IMG/VR virus record: IMGVR_UViG_3300010413_001187
Span: 2,131-66,130 of that record
Origin: a virus
Taxonomy: Duplodnaviria; Caudoviricetes
DNA length: 64,000 nt
Strand: one strand, 5' to 3'
Both the position numbers and the translations under genes were made by a program. The notes beneath the pieces are model-generated. The model saw nothing but the letters and a program-made list of their open reading frames with translations, did no database searches and was not told the origin of the DNA. This document shows positions 10,526 to 20,716 of the stretch, piece by piece. How positions within the stretch are numbered: the stretch's first letter is position 1; each line of letters starts with the position of its first letter.

Positions 10526-13500
10526 ATGCCCGACCTAAAATATCGTATAAAACGAGCCTCAGAACAAAAACAATCCGTCTACGAGTATGATACTTTGCCT
10601 CCCGGTGTATTAGACGCTATGAAGGAGGCAGGAACTTTCATAGACTCGGATAAGAATATAAAACCACATACATGTACTTTTATACAAAGATATCATTGGG
10701 ATAATAATGATTATTATCTATGTAATATAAGAATACGTTCTAAGAGAACCGATTTAATTTCCAGTGATATGAAAAATCAACCTAGAGAGAATCTAGAATA
10801 TAGATTAGAGACTCTTAAAGCCGCTAGGGATTATGCAGAGCAGCACAAATCAAGTGATATCCAGGCAATTGAAGATACTTACAATCCTAAAATTAATGAG
10901 GCTTCCAAACAAAATATGATGAGTGTGGTAAGGGCTTTGGAGGTTAAGAGGGATTCTGAAATAAATGATATTAATACCCAAATAGTGGAGTATGATACTT
11001 TAATAAAAAACTTAGAAATTCAATTAGATTCTTTATCTGGATCAATGCAACCAGAGGGGGAGGGGGAATACAGAGTATCTGGTGCATTAAAATTAAATAA
11101 AGAATCTTTCAGAGTATATGATTCTTATGAAGAAAAATATATTTATCCTGAATTCTCTATAATGTGTTTTGAATGTAAGCATTGTGATATACATAATGGT
11201 AAATCAGCTTATTCGGAATCTGGATTCTCAGAAAGAAATATACAATATCCTAAATGTAATTGTTACACTCCTAGGGGTGGTATGACAGTTACACACTATA
11301 GTGGGGCTTTAAAGACATCTGAGGCTCCTGGTTATTGGGCTGAAAGAGATATACTAACTGCTTATGATCAATGGAAGAAAGGGCCTAGTGCAGACTATCT
11401 CGGAACTATTCCATCTGTGGTTCCTGCCGTAGATGAAAAATATCCTGAAAACCCAAATCAATTAGGTTTTATTTATATGGTATTAAACGCGAGAGCCATT
11501 GTAGCATCGTGCTGCTGGTGGGCTGCTGAATCTGTTCTGGTCTATAAGAAAGAATACTTTAGAGCTATTGATTTAGCTGTTGCGAAAGCTAAAGCATTAA
11601 CTGATGCTGGATTACAAGCACCGCAAATGTCCGCTTCTTTAGGAGTAAGTAGTGCTGCAGAATATATATATAGAGAGGGAGATTATCCATTTGATGGTAT
11701 TGGTGATGAGGCTGGGGAAGAAGCAATAAAAAGAGTTTTATTAGGTAGGAATTATGATTGGACTCTTCCAGAAACTGGTAATAACACGAGAATAATATAT
11801 GCTTTAGACTCAAAGGTAACAGGAGATCTAACTAAATCAATAAGGGATGAGGATAAAGAAAATTGTGCTGAATTTCAAGGTATGTGGCATTTTGATAATC
11901 CTCTATGGTTTAGTCCAAAAAACTGTGCACATCCAGATTGTAAAGTTAAGTACGAATGGGGTGCCATATGTAATGGTGGAGGAGCTTTTTCTTTAGCGGA
12001 TGGCAGAGCATGTCCTTACTATGAAAGTTCTGTATTAGGCCCAGAGAGCGAATCAAAAAAATTATGTCGTATGGGACGTATGTATGCTGGAGATTATGTT
12101 ACAGGCGGAGCTATATTAGAATTGATGTGGTTGGCCAAGGGAGGTTTACCTTGGACTCAAGAGGAATGGGAATCTACTTGGAGAGTGCCTTATATTTGGA
12201 CTACAATGCCTTTTAATCCTATTACTGTTTTAATTGATGAAATGAGAGATAAATATGGTAATATGGAGAAAGTCAGTTTACGTAAAGATTATAGACTCTA
12301 TGGGCAAAAAACAAATATAAATCTTATAACAGGCTCAATATCAGACAGCCAACCTCCCCCTGTTTTGTTGCCTGGAGGAACCGTTACCGCACATAATAGA
12401 TCTCCTGAAGGAGAAGTTAGCAAAGCTGATAGAGTACCGGACTTTCCTACGTTCATTAAACAATTGGAAGTAAGATCAATGGGTAGTATAAGGATTATAT
12501 GGCCCAATACTGATTTGAATTCTGTTTTATTGTCTTATGAGCATAGTGAGGATTATATTGATCAACTTAGAGAAGCCAGTTCAAAATCATATAAGAAAAT
12601 TATATGGGATATGAATGGGCTCAATACTAATGTGATTGTACAGGGGTCAATAGGCTCATTTAAGAATGGTTTATATTGTATAAATACGTCTTTCTTGTCA
12701 GGAGCTTGGGCTGAAAAACGATTTGATCTGGAAGCTGAATTGCTGAATTTAAATAAATTAGAACCGAAAACTCAATATCTATTAAAGGATTTATGGCAAG
12801 CATTGATAATGTCTCAATTACCAGATAAGTCACCTATATTATCTGGTGCTCCTTTATTACGTACATATATGAACTCTAAAGGTATGTTTATTTTTGAAAA
12901 TGTAAAATTAAATTGTAGATCAGCTGAGAATTTTATTATGGTGTTTGGTTATACGGCAGAGGGAGTAATAGATTCAGCATTTATAAAAGTTACACCAGTA
13001 TTTCGTAGAAGTTATGCTTATCAATCAGAAGCTGAATTAATGACTTCTTGGAAAACAGTTTGGAATGGGAGACCTTCTTTATTCTTTAATATGCAATCAT
13101 TATATAATATAGGTGGAGAAAAATCTGATCCTGAGACAGAAATCAGAAGTGAAACTATAGCAATATCTGATTATAATGATAAAACTATCTCAATAAGGGA
13201 CCTTACCACTAAAATAGCTGCTTTAGAAAAGGAGATAGCAGGTTTAGAGAACGAGATAAAGGCTTTGGTTTCAGAAATCGCTACTTTAACTGGTGCCTCT
13301 GCATTAATTAATAAAGCTGAAGAAAGAAGAAATGCTGTAGCTAGGTTAACTGCTATTTTAACACAAAAGAAAAATGAATTACAAGATGCACGAAATGCTT
13401 TAGCTCTAAGACAGGAAGCTGCTGCTACCACAGAAGAACAGACTGAAAGTGAACTATCAACTATAGACAAAAGAATAGAATCAATAGATAAAGATATAGA

Positions 13501-16500
13501 GGATCTTGAGACCAGTTATTATAACAGAAAAAACACTCAAGGACCAGATGCTGATACTTCAGATATTGAGGCTGATATTAAAAGTAAAAGAGAAGAAAAG
13601 GAAAACTTATTAAATAGACAAGCGGAGCTTGAGGCAGAAGAGGCAGACCAAGAAGATACTGATGATGAAGAAGCAGCAGAAGATGATGAATCACAAGATT
13701 ATTTAGATTTGGATTTTCCGCCAGGGGATCCTGATAACCAGGAATTAATGTCTGATGAGGATGGGAATGTAGAAAAGCCTGATTATGATACGGTGACAAG
13801 ATTATATGTCCCTTTTATGAATTCTAATGAAAATACATGGAGAAATATAGATGCATATAAAAGAATAGATGGTCACACAGGAGGGGGACCAGCAGAATCA
13901 ATTACTCTTGAGATACCACAAGACTCTGGTGTAACTACTTGGAAATATCTTAATGTTTCCCAGCCGATGAATTATTCTTTTGATGTTTTTGCACAATATA
14001 CTTTTACTAGCAAAGCGGCCAAACGCGTAGTTGTTTATTCTACTAGAGAATCCGACATTTCTTCCGGAAATAATTTAGGGGTACCATTAACTGATGATAT
14101 AGGAAAATGGTATGCTCTTTCTACATGCTCTTCTATGATAATACTTGTTATGAATCCAGATATATTTAATAATCATACAGAAGCTATGATTTTTAGTCTG
14201 AGTGCAAAAGCTATTTATAAATGGAAAAATCAGCAAGGCGAAGAAACAGAGATAGAGAAAGTAATAAAGTTTGTCCCGATGCATTATTGTCAGGTAGAAA
14301 GATCTTTTCCTGGGTATACAGATGGAAAGGATGCAACATTAATAGGCACCAAATCAGCACATGGTACTACTGTTGCAAGAGTTGAGATATCAGAGGATAT
14401 AGAAATTATTGAAAGACCTAATATCGGTAGGCATCCATGGATATATTTTGCAACCCCGGTAACTGAGGAAACAGATGTAAAAGAATGGCATAATTATAAT
14501 AATATATGGTATCCAGAAATTCCTGATAGTGAGCCCACAATATTACCACACCCAGATAATGTTGAATTATATATAGAATTTGCTTATATAGCTGAAATAT
14601 ATGATCATAATGATAGAAATATGACAGAATGGGAAACTGATGAAGCTTCAACAGCCATAGCTTTCAATCATCCAAAGGCAGGAATTCAAAGGACAATCTT
14701 CTATCATGAAAGTATTGATGAAGAAGGTATTGATGGGTATACTACAGTTCCAATTGGCTCTCATGATATGGCAACATTATGGCCTTATGCTCGTTACGCG
14801 TCACGCGATTATGAAATAAAATATATATGGCGTGACGAAATGAAGAATGTACAGAAAGCTGATCATCCAAGAAGGGGTGCGAATAAGACTTGTGGCGGTC
14901 CTGCTAAAAGGTTTACTTCTTATGCTATTGGTGATCATGATTTGGGAACCGAGTTCCAGCAAGCAGTAACATATAAAGAACGAGCCGATAAGTATGATAG
15001 TTTATCTTTTACTGAAAGGGAAGGTCTTAAACTGTCTGGTAAAAATCCAATTGATGGATTTCCGACAGACGCAGGCAAACCTTTTGCAGCAGGAGAAAAA
15101 AGAGGGTCTTCCTATTATCCATATACTAGGTCAGAACCATATACTGTTTTTGTACCACAAAATAAAGACTATATTTGGGATTTCATGTTAATGTGGAGGA
15201 ATAAATATAGACCAGAAAAAGATAGCACTACACCTCCCCTGGGAAAGGGAAGAATGCTAGCCCCAAAATATTGTCAATTAGACACTGGAAACCCCCTTAA
15301 CAGAGGAGCATCTGATTGGTATAGATACTGGGAGTACAATCCTAAAGACAAGCCAACACAATATTTGGGTAAATCATTGACGAGAGGACCTGTCTTTCAA
15401 TTAGAATATAGAGAATATTTTGATGTAGATAATAAAATGGTTTATCTACGGCCATATGTAGCAAGATCTAATTATACTAGAAATGCACAATGGATGGTAT
15501 TGTTAGATAAATTGGTCCCTGAAGATTATGAATTAGAATCTGGAACTATTCAATGGGCTGAGGATTATGAACCAGCAGCTGGAGAAATAGGCCATGATAA
15601 GTGGGAAGAGTATGTAAAAAATAATCATAGGGCATGGAGTGTGAGAAAAAAATATCCTGCATTTTATGGGCATTATGGTAAAGCTTCTTATGGTCAATAT
15701 GTAGATGAATTAAATAGATTACATGATTACGGACTCAGACGAGGCTGGGCTTTTACATTTCCATTAGATCCAGATAAATTAGAATTTTGGACTATAAACA
15801 TTGATGATGATGATAAGAAAAAATGCTGTGAACAGGATGATGATATTTGTAAGAAAAACAATCCTTCTTATCCAATTTGTGGAGATTGTACAAAGACTGA
15901 CGCAGAATTAAAAGAAATACCAGGTTTAGAACAAACTCTAAGTAGTCTAAGAAATAAATTAAATGCTAAAGAACCACCATTAATTTGGACTGAATTACAA
16001 GCTATAAGAACCCAAATATATAATGCTGAAGCCAGATTAGCTTGGTTAAAATGTCAGGAAATACCTAAACCTCCTTATAATCCTGATGAGGTAGACTATG
16101 GTACTTGGACAACTGTAGTTATTAATCTTTATAATTATTGGAAAGACTCTGGTAAAGGATATGATGACTTAATGATTGAAGTAACCCGTGGTAGATCCTA
16201 CGGATGGCAAGTTATAATTGAACCAGAATTAAGATTTAGTAAAACCACAGAGTCAGAGGACGTAGCATATGAAGAATGTATGAAACAATTTAATGCAGCG
16301 ATGGATCTAACATTGCGAACAGAACAAAAAGTTAAGGCAACAACGGACGAGATCACTGCATTAGAGGCTGCACAAGAAAGGTACCCTACAGAGTCTATAC
16401 TTACTATTGAAAAGATAGCTAGATTAAAATCAATTTTAAAAGATCAAAAAGCTCTTTATTATAAATATTTAGATGATTGGGACAAGATAGACTGTCAAGA

Positions 16501-19500
16501 GCCACTAGGAGACACAGAGGTATCAGAAACATATGTAGCTAAAATTAATACTGATATGACTACGGGCTGTACTAGAAAAGATGTAGCCGTCAGAAATATT
16601 GATGAATCTGGTAGTTTTATGATCTTGGATAATTATGTTCCAAGTAGTATAACATCTGAAGCTGAAATGGATAAAAGGGCTGATGAACAAAAGAGTGTCT
16701 ATAGAAAATTACAAACGACTTCACAGAGATATTATCGCTATGAACAAAAACCGTTTGGTTATAATTACCCATGGAGTCCCTATGACTCACCACCATTATT
16801 TGGGAATACAGGTAGAGAATTATTTGTTCTTGAATTATGCACAATAGGCTCAATAATATCTTGGTTACCCCCAGACGAACAGGATAGTGATACCACGTCT
16901 TCAACAACTCTCTCAGAATATACTGGATTGACAGATGTAACTGATGATCCAGATGTGGAGCCAGAGGAGCCACCAGATCCTGCCGTAGAAATCAGTACGT
17001 CTACAGCAACTAGTGCTCCTGCTACAACTCCTAGTTGGTGGACAGGATGGAGGCCAGAAGGACAAGCTAAGGAAATGGTTACTCTCTTGGCTCCACCCTA
17101 TGAATGTAGTAGGGCCATAGAACCTCTCTCTTCAGAGGCATATAATCCATTTTATAATTATATATTTAATAATTCTATATGGGGAGAGATTGCTCCAGAT
17201 TTTATTGAGGACCCATCAGCTTATATGAGACCTCCAGATGTCAGAATAATTACAAAATATGATATCAGTCATTACGGAGAGCCATATTATAGATCAGATC
17301 TAGGTAGATTTACACTTGTTCCTGATGAAGAATCGGGTATGTCCTCTGTTAGAGTTTTGGGTGAAACAGCATCATATAGGAATAGTTGTTATGAAAATTT
17401 AATAGAAGAAGAAGAGGAGATTGAATTCGAAGAAGTCACTACTTCTGGAACGGAGGAAGGAGAAAAACAACCTTGTGATGAAACTAATCCAGATTATCCA
17501 GATTGTTATGAAGACTTATGTGATGATGGTTCAATGCCACCTTGTGATGAGCCTTGCGATGAAAATCATCCTGATTATCCTGATTGTGATGATACTTTGG
17601 AATCAGAAAAAGATGCAGCCGCTGAGGGTAATAATATAAAAGCTGAAGACATAAAAGGATTACCATTTAAAGATGGGGAAGAGATTAGCGTAGGCTTACG
17701 ATATCCTGGATTTTGTGGCCCATATAATTATGGAAAATTTTTTGTTGGGTATAAATTACAATATAGAAGTTATCCAGACTCTGGGGAATATAGTTTTTAT
17801 CCTCACTGGGCGTGGCCTATAGATAATAAAGACATAGTTGAAAGAGGAGTTTCTACAGTAAAATGGTGGATGGGGGCAACCACTTCATCAGGAAAATCTA
17901 TTGAGTCAGTAAATAGAGAGGGTTCATCATTAGCATCAATTTCAGATATTTATGCTGGTCCTTATTTAAGGAAACAAAAAGTTAATGATGACGGAAGAGA
18001 AATTTCTTGTGGTCCAGAATTAACAGATAGCAAAGATCAACACCCGAAAGAAGCGGAAAAATCTTATCAAGATGCTTATTATGCTATAATTGTTGAATCA
18101 GAGAGAATGTTTGATAATTCTTTACGCGCCCCTCTTATATGGGCTAAAAAAATTGATAATCCAAGTTTAACTAATCCATTAGGTTTCAAAGTACCAGAAG
18201 CTACATATCCAGCACATCAGGTACAGACTGATGGGACTTTAATTCCATGTCGTATTGGTGCAGGGGATGAAAATAAAACAGATAAATTTAATAATGTTAA
18301 TTTTAGTGATATTTTTTCAACAGGAAAGCCTGAATTATTGGATGATAAAACTCAAGATTCTTCTTTGCCTAATCTATTAACCTCATATGATAAAAATGAA
18401 GCTGGAGTGTTCCCAGGATTCAGAATACCCTATGTAAATTATAGGTTGTTGGGAAAAGTATTTTCGAATACTGAATATGATATAAGTAAAATAAGGTTGG
18501 ACCGTAAGGCTGGTTATTATGGTTCACATAACCATGTTATTGTAGCTGAAATTTATCTAAAACAATTTGAAGCTGATGCAATATTCTTAGACTTAGATTT
18601 CGTAAGTTTCTTCTCAGAGAATTTAACGAGCACATATTTTACAAGTGCTGTAGACAAAATGGCTGTTCAAGTAAGTGTAATTGGAACTCCTGCTGACCCG
18701 ACAGTAACGGCTGGGAAAACAATAAGTAAAGTTTTTGTAAGGCAGATGCCACTGGATACTAATGTAGATTCTAAAAAAGAAGGCAATACCGGAAGATTAA
18801 CATTTGATATGGATTTCGTGATCACCAAAGATTTAAAGATAATAATAGAATTGTTTGTTCAAACTGAAATAAATAATTTTCTTTATAATAAAAAATCACC
18901 TTGGGGGGTTGATAAACCGGACAAAACAACTGATCCACTAGATGAAGTATATTTAGATGCACTTCTGGATAAGTTATCTATAGGAACCTTATTACCAGGT
19001 AAATGTGCAGAAATAGTCAGAGTCAGAGAAATTGGTTTTATAATTTCTGGAGGAAATGGTTGTAGTGTAAAGGAAGAAACATATAACTTCTTTGATGAAG
19101 CTAAATCTGAATGGTTTATTTCTAAATGGGAAGAAGATGATAAACAAGTGAATAGAAATTATGGTTGGTGGACTGAATGGGTTGGTGGAGAAGCTTTAGA
19201 GCAAGACCCCACAACATTGGAAAAAAATCATGGTAAACGTGGTTCCAGTTTAGAGGGTATACCAGTTAGAACTGAAGATGCAGAAAATAAGAAATATGTA
19301 ACTGGCTATATGAATGATAAAATTAGACAAACTGACGAAAGTTTTAATAAAACAGTTAAAGCTAAAGCTTATCCTGATAGATGCCTGGAAATTCCAGAAT
19401 TACAACAATCTCGATTGAAGATAGAAGCTTGGAACAATATGAATAAAGGAAGCGAAGACGGTGATGGAACAGAGGACACCAATTTACATCCAGCTGAAAG

Positions 19501-20716
19501 ATGGACATATGGTGGAATTTGGACAACTCGGATGGCTGGTCCAGAATGGATGAGTTCGGATCCTAATCCAACCAGAGATTTAATATGGTGGCCCGCATTA
19601 CCATATTATACTGGTGACATAATTCTAAAGGGACGTTATTTTAAATTTGATGAACAATATAAAGACGAAGCTAAAGTTATGGGAGAGTCTAAATTACCAG
19701 ACCCTGATGATGAGTTTAATATTCATGCTAATAATTATGAACTTAGAGGCTTTGATGCCCTATTAAGAGTCATAGAGGAGTGGGAAACAAAAACTTCAGA
19801 GGAAAGAAAGACAGCTTTTTATAAAGGTAATGAATCTATAACAATGCCTGGGCGAGAAATGCGAGAGAGTAATCCTATGGTAGATGCTATTCGTCAAGGA
19901 GCTGGAGTAGGGAATCTATCTGCAACAAGACCATATGCTGGTACTAGTTGGGCAGGTTCAGATAGATATATAGGAGGAGCTACATTGCAAGGAGCTATGG
20001 CTGCGTCAGCGGTACAAGGAATATTGAATAGTATGACTCGTAATTATGTTGTATTTGATAGAAGAGAATATGTATATATAGATGAGGTTGGGATAAGCCC
20101 CACATTAAAGAGCTGGAAAGAATTACAAAAAAAAGAAGTAATACAGAAAGCTTTATTTGAAAAAGCTCAGCAACTGTTACCAGAAGATGTAGAAAATTCT
20201 GTCTCATTAACAGCAATAGTACCATACCATGATTGGGAAGAATTAATGAAAATAAGTGGAAAAGAATTAAATATAGGGAATCAGTCTTTTGATTATGAGC
20301 CATTAAATGCGTCTGATCTATCCCAGATAAAAGGATATTTTACAGCTAAATGGAAGAAGTGGGCTTGGGAAGAAATAGCAAGTTTTACCTTTAGAAACGA
20401 AGAAAGTGATCAAATAAAATTTCCTACAAGAAATACAGATGCTTCTGATTGGAGTCAAATTTTGGCTAGAGAGTGTGGTCAAAGATGGACACATGATAAA
20501 TATGATGAAGGACAAGTAATACAGGAAGACTGTGAAGATGTGAGTAGTATTGGAAAGGCTGGAAAATGCAGCGAATCAGAAATGAAATGGACGAAGACAT
20601 CTTTAGGATGGTCTTCTGACAGGGAAGCAGGTGGAGAGGCTACTAAATGGCCTCCGACAGTGAGTAAGGATGCTGGAATAACATTACTTCAACCGGATCC
20701 GTGGTGGAGATATTAA
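10526..20716 (+). CDS. Giant (3396 aa) hypothetical protein with Cys clusters, coiled coils and acidic linkers
   Basis: Uninterrupted 10.2-kb ORF with AAGGAGG RBS; heptad region LTTKIAALEKEIAGLENEIKAL; D/E tracts; CDExxPDYPDC repeats. Confidence 0.8.
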   Translation: MPDLKYRIKRASEQKQSVYEYDTLPPGVLDAMKEAGTFIDSDKNIKPHTCTFIQRYHWDNNDYYLCNIRIRSKRTDLISSDMKNQPRENLEYRLETLKAARDYAEQHKSSDIQAIEDTYNPKINEASKQNMMSVVRALEVKRDSEINDINTQIVEYDTLIKNLEIQLDSLSGSMQPEGEGEYRVSGALKLNKESFRVYDSYEEKYIYPEFSIMCFECKHCDIHNGKSAYSESGFSERNIQYPKCNCYTPRGGMTVTHYSGALKTSEAPGYWAERDILTAYDQWKKGPSADYLGTIPSVVPAVDEKYPENPNQLGFIYMVLNARAIVASCCWWAAESVLVYKKEYFRAIDLAVAKAKALTDAGLQAPQMSASLGVSSAAEYIYREGDYPFDGIGDEAGEEAIKRVLLGRNYDWTLPETGNNTRIIYALDSKVTGDLTKSIRDEDKENCAEFQGMWHFDNPLWFSPKNCAHPDCKVKYEWGAICNGGGAFSLADGRACPYYESSVLGPESESKKLCRMGRMYAGDYVTGGAILELMWLAKGGLPWTQEEWESTWRVPYIWTTMPFNPITVLIDEMRDKYGNMEKVSLRKDYRLYGQKTNINLITGSISDSQPPPVLLPGGTVTAHNRSPEGEVSKADRVPDFPTFIKQLEVRSMGSIRIIWPNTDLNSVLLSYEHSEDYIDQLREASSKSYKKIIWDMNGLNTNVIVQGSIGSFKNGLYCINTSFLSGAWAEKRFDLEAELLNLNKLEPKTQYLLKDLWQALIMSQLPDKSPILSGAPLLRTYMNSKGMFIFENVKLNCRSAENFIMVFGYTAEGVIDSAFIKVTPVFRRSYAYQSEAELMTSWKTVWNGRPSLFFNMQSLYNIGGEKSDPETEIRSETIAISDYNDKTISIRDLTTKIAALEKEIAGLENEIKALVSEIATLTGASALINKAEERRNAVARLTAILTQKKNELQDARNALALRQEAAATTEEQTESELSTIDKRIESIDKDIEDLETSYYNRKNTQGPDADTSDIEADIKSKREEKENLLNRQAELEAEEADQEDTDDEEAAEDDESQDYLDLDFPPGDPDNQELMSDEDGNVEKPDYDTVTRLYVPFMNSNENTWRNIDAYKRIDGHTGGGPAESITLEIPQDSGVTTWKYLNVSQPMNYSFDVFAQYTFTSKAAKRVVVYSTRESDISSGNNLGVPLTDDIGKWYALSTCSSMIILVMNPDIFNNHTEAMIFSLSAKAIYKWKNQQGEETEIEKVIKFVPMHYCQVERSFPGYTDGKDATLIGTKSAHGTTVARVEISEDIEIIERPNIGRHPWIYFATPVTEETDVKEWHNYNNIWYPEIPDSEPTILPHPDNVELYIEFAYIAEIYDHNDRNMTEWETDEASTAIAFNHPKAGIQRTIFYHESIDEEGIDGYTTVPIGSHDMATLWPYARYASRDYEIKYIWRDEMKNVQKADHPRRGANKTCGGPAKRFTSYAIGDHDLGTEFQQAVTYKERADKYDSLSFTEREGLKLSGKNPIDGFPTDAGKPFAAGEKRGSSYYPYTRSEPYTVFVPQNKDYIWDFMLMWRNKYRPEKDSTTPPLGKGRMLAPKYCQLDTGNPLNRGASDWYRYWEYNPKDKPTQYLGKSLTRGPVFQLEYREYFDVDNKMVYLRPYVARSNYTRNAQWMVLLDKLVPEDYELESGTIQWAEDYEPAAGEIGHDKWEEYVKNNHRAWSVRKKYPAFYGHYGKASYGQYVDELNRLHDYGLRRGWAFTFPLDPDKLEFWTINIDDDDKKKCCEQDDDICKKNNPSYPICGDCTKTDAELKEIPGLEQTLSSLRNKLNAKEPPLIWTELQAIRTQIYNAEARLAWLKCQEIPKPPYNPDEVDYGTWTTVVINLYNYWKDSGKGYDDLMIEVTRGRSYGWQVIIEPELRFSKTTESEDVAYEECMKQFNAAMDLTLRTEQKVKATTDEITALEAAQERYPTESILTIEKIARLKSILKDQKALYYKYLDDWDKIDCQEPLGDTEVSETYVAKINTDMTTGCTRKDVAVRNIDESGSFMILDNYVPSSITSEAEMDKRADEQKSVYRKLQTTSQRYYRYEQKPFGYNYPWSPYDSPPLFGNTGRELFVLELCTIGSIISWLPPDEQDSDTTSSTTLSEYTGLTDVTDDPDVEPEEPPDPAVEISTSTATSAPATTPSWWTGWRPEGQAKEMVTLLAPPYECSRAIEPLSSEAYNPFYNYIFNNSIWGEIAPDFIEDPSAYMRPPDVRIITKYDISHYGEPYYRSDLGRFTLVPDEESGMSSVRVLGETASYRNSCYENLIEEEEEIEFEEVTTSGTEEGEKQPCDETNPDYPDCYEDLCDDGSMPPCDEPCDENHPDYPDCDDTLESEKDAAAEGNNIKAEDIKGLPFKDGEEISVGLRYPGFCGPYNYGKFFVGYKLQYRSYPDSGEYSFYPHWAWPIDNKDIVERGVSTVKWWMGATTSSGKSIESVNREGSSLASISDIYAGPYLRKQKVNDDGREISCGPELTDSKDQHPKEAEKSYQDAYYAIIVESERMFDNSLRAPLIWAKKIDNPSLTNPLGFKVPEATYPAHQVQTDGTLIPCRIGAGDENKTDKFNNVNFSDIFSTGKPELLDDKTQDSSLPNLLTSYDKNEAGVFPGFRIPYVNYRLLGKVFSNTEYDISKIRLDRKAGYYGSHNHVIVAEIYLKQFEADAIFLDLDFVSFFSENLTSTYFTSAVDKMAVQVSVIGTPADPTVTAGKTISKVFVRQMPLDTNVDSKKEGNTGRLTFDMDFVITKDLKIIIELFVQTEINNFLYNKKSPWGVDKPDKTTDPLDEVYLDALLDKLSIGTLLPGKCAEIVRVREIGFIISGGNGCSVKEETYNFFDEAKSEWFISKWEEDDKQVNRNYGWWTEWVGGEALEQDPTTLEKNHGKRGSSLEGIPVRTEDAENKKYVTGYMNDKIRQTDESFNKTVKAKAYPDRCLEIPELQQSRLKIEAWNNMNKGSEDGDGTEDTNLHPAERWTYGGIWTTRMAGPEWMSSDPNPTRDLIWWPALPYYTGDIILKGRYFKFDEQYKDEAKVMGESKLPDPDDEFNIHANNYELRGFDALLRVIEEWETKTSEERKTAFYKGNESITMPGREMRESNPMVDAIRQGAGVGNLSATRPYAGTSWAGSDRYIGGATLQGAMAASAVQGILNSMTRNYVVFDRREYVYIDEVGISPTLKSWKELQKKEVIQKALFEKAQQLLPEDVENSVSLTAIVPYHDWEELMKISGKELNIGNQSFDYEPLNASDLSQIKGYFTAKWKKWAWEEIASFTFRNEESDQIKFPTRNTDASDWSQILARECGQRWTHDKYDEGQVIQEDCEDVSSIGKAGKCSESEMKWTKTSLGWSSDREAGGEATKWPPTVSKDAGITLLQPDPWWRY
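17471..17587 (+). repeat. Internal coding repeat PCDETNPDYPDC / PCDENHPDYPDC
   Basis: Two near-identical 36-nt units (ccttgtgatgaaactaatccagattatccagattgt; ccttgcgatgaaaatcatcctgattatcctgattgt). Confidence 0.8.

Noticed and set aside
13190-13640. Tape measure or SMC protein call for the 3396-aa ORF
   Set aside because: Coiled coils are a minor part; no Walker motifs or the long A/G-rich helical repeats of tape measure proteins
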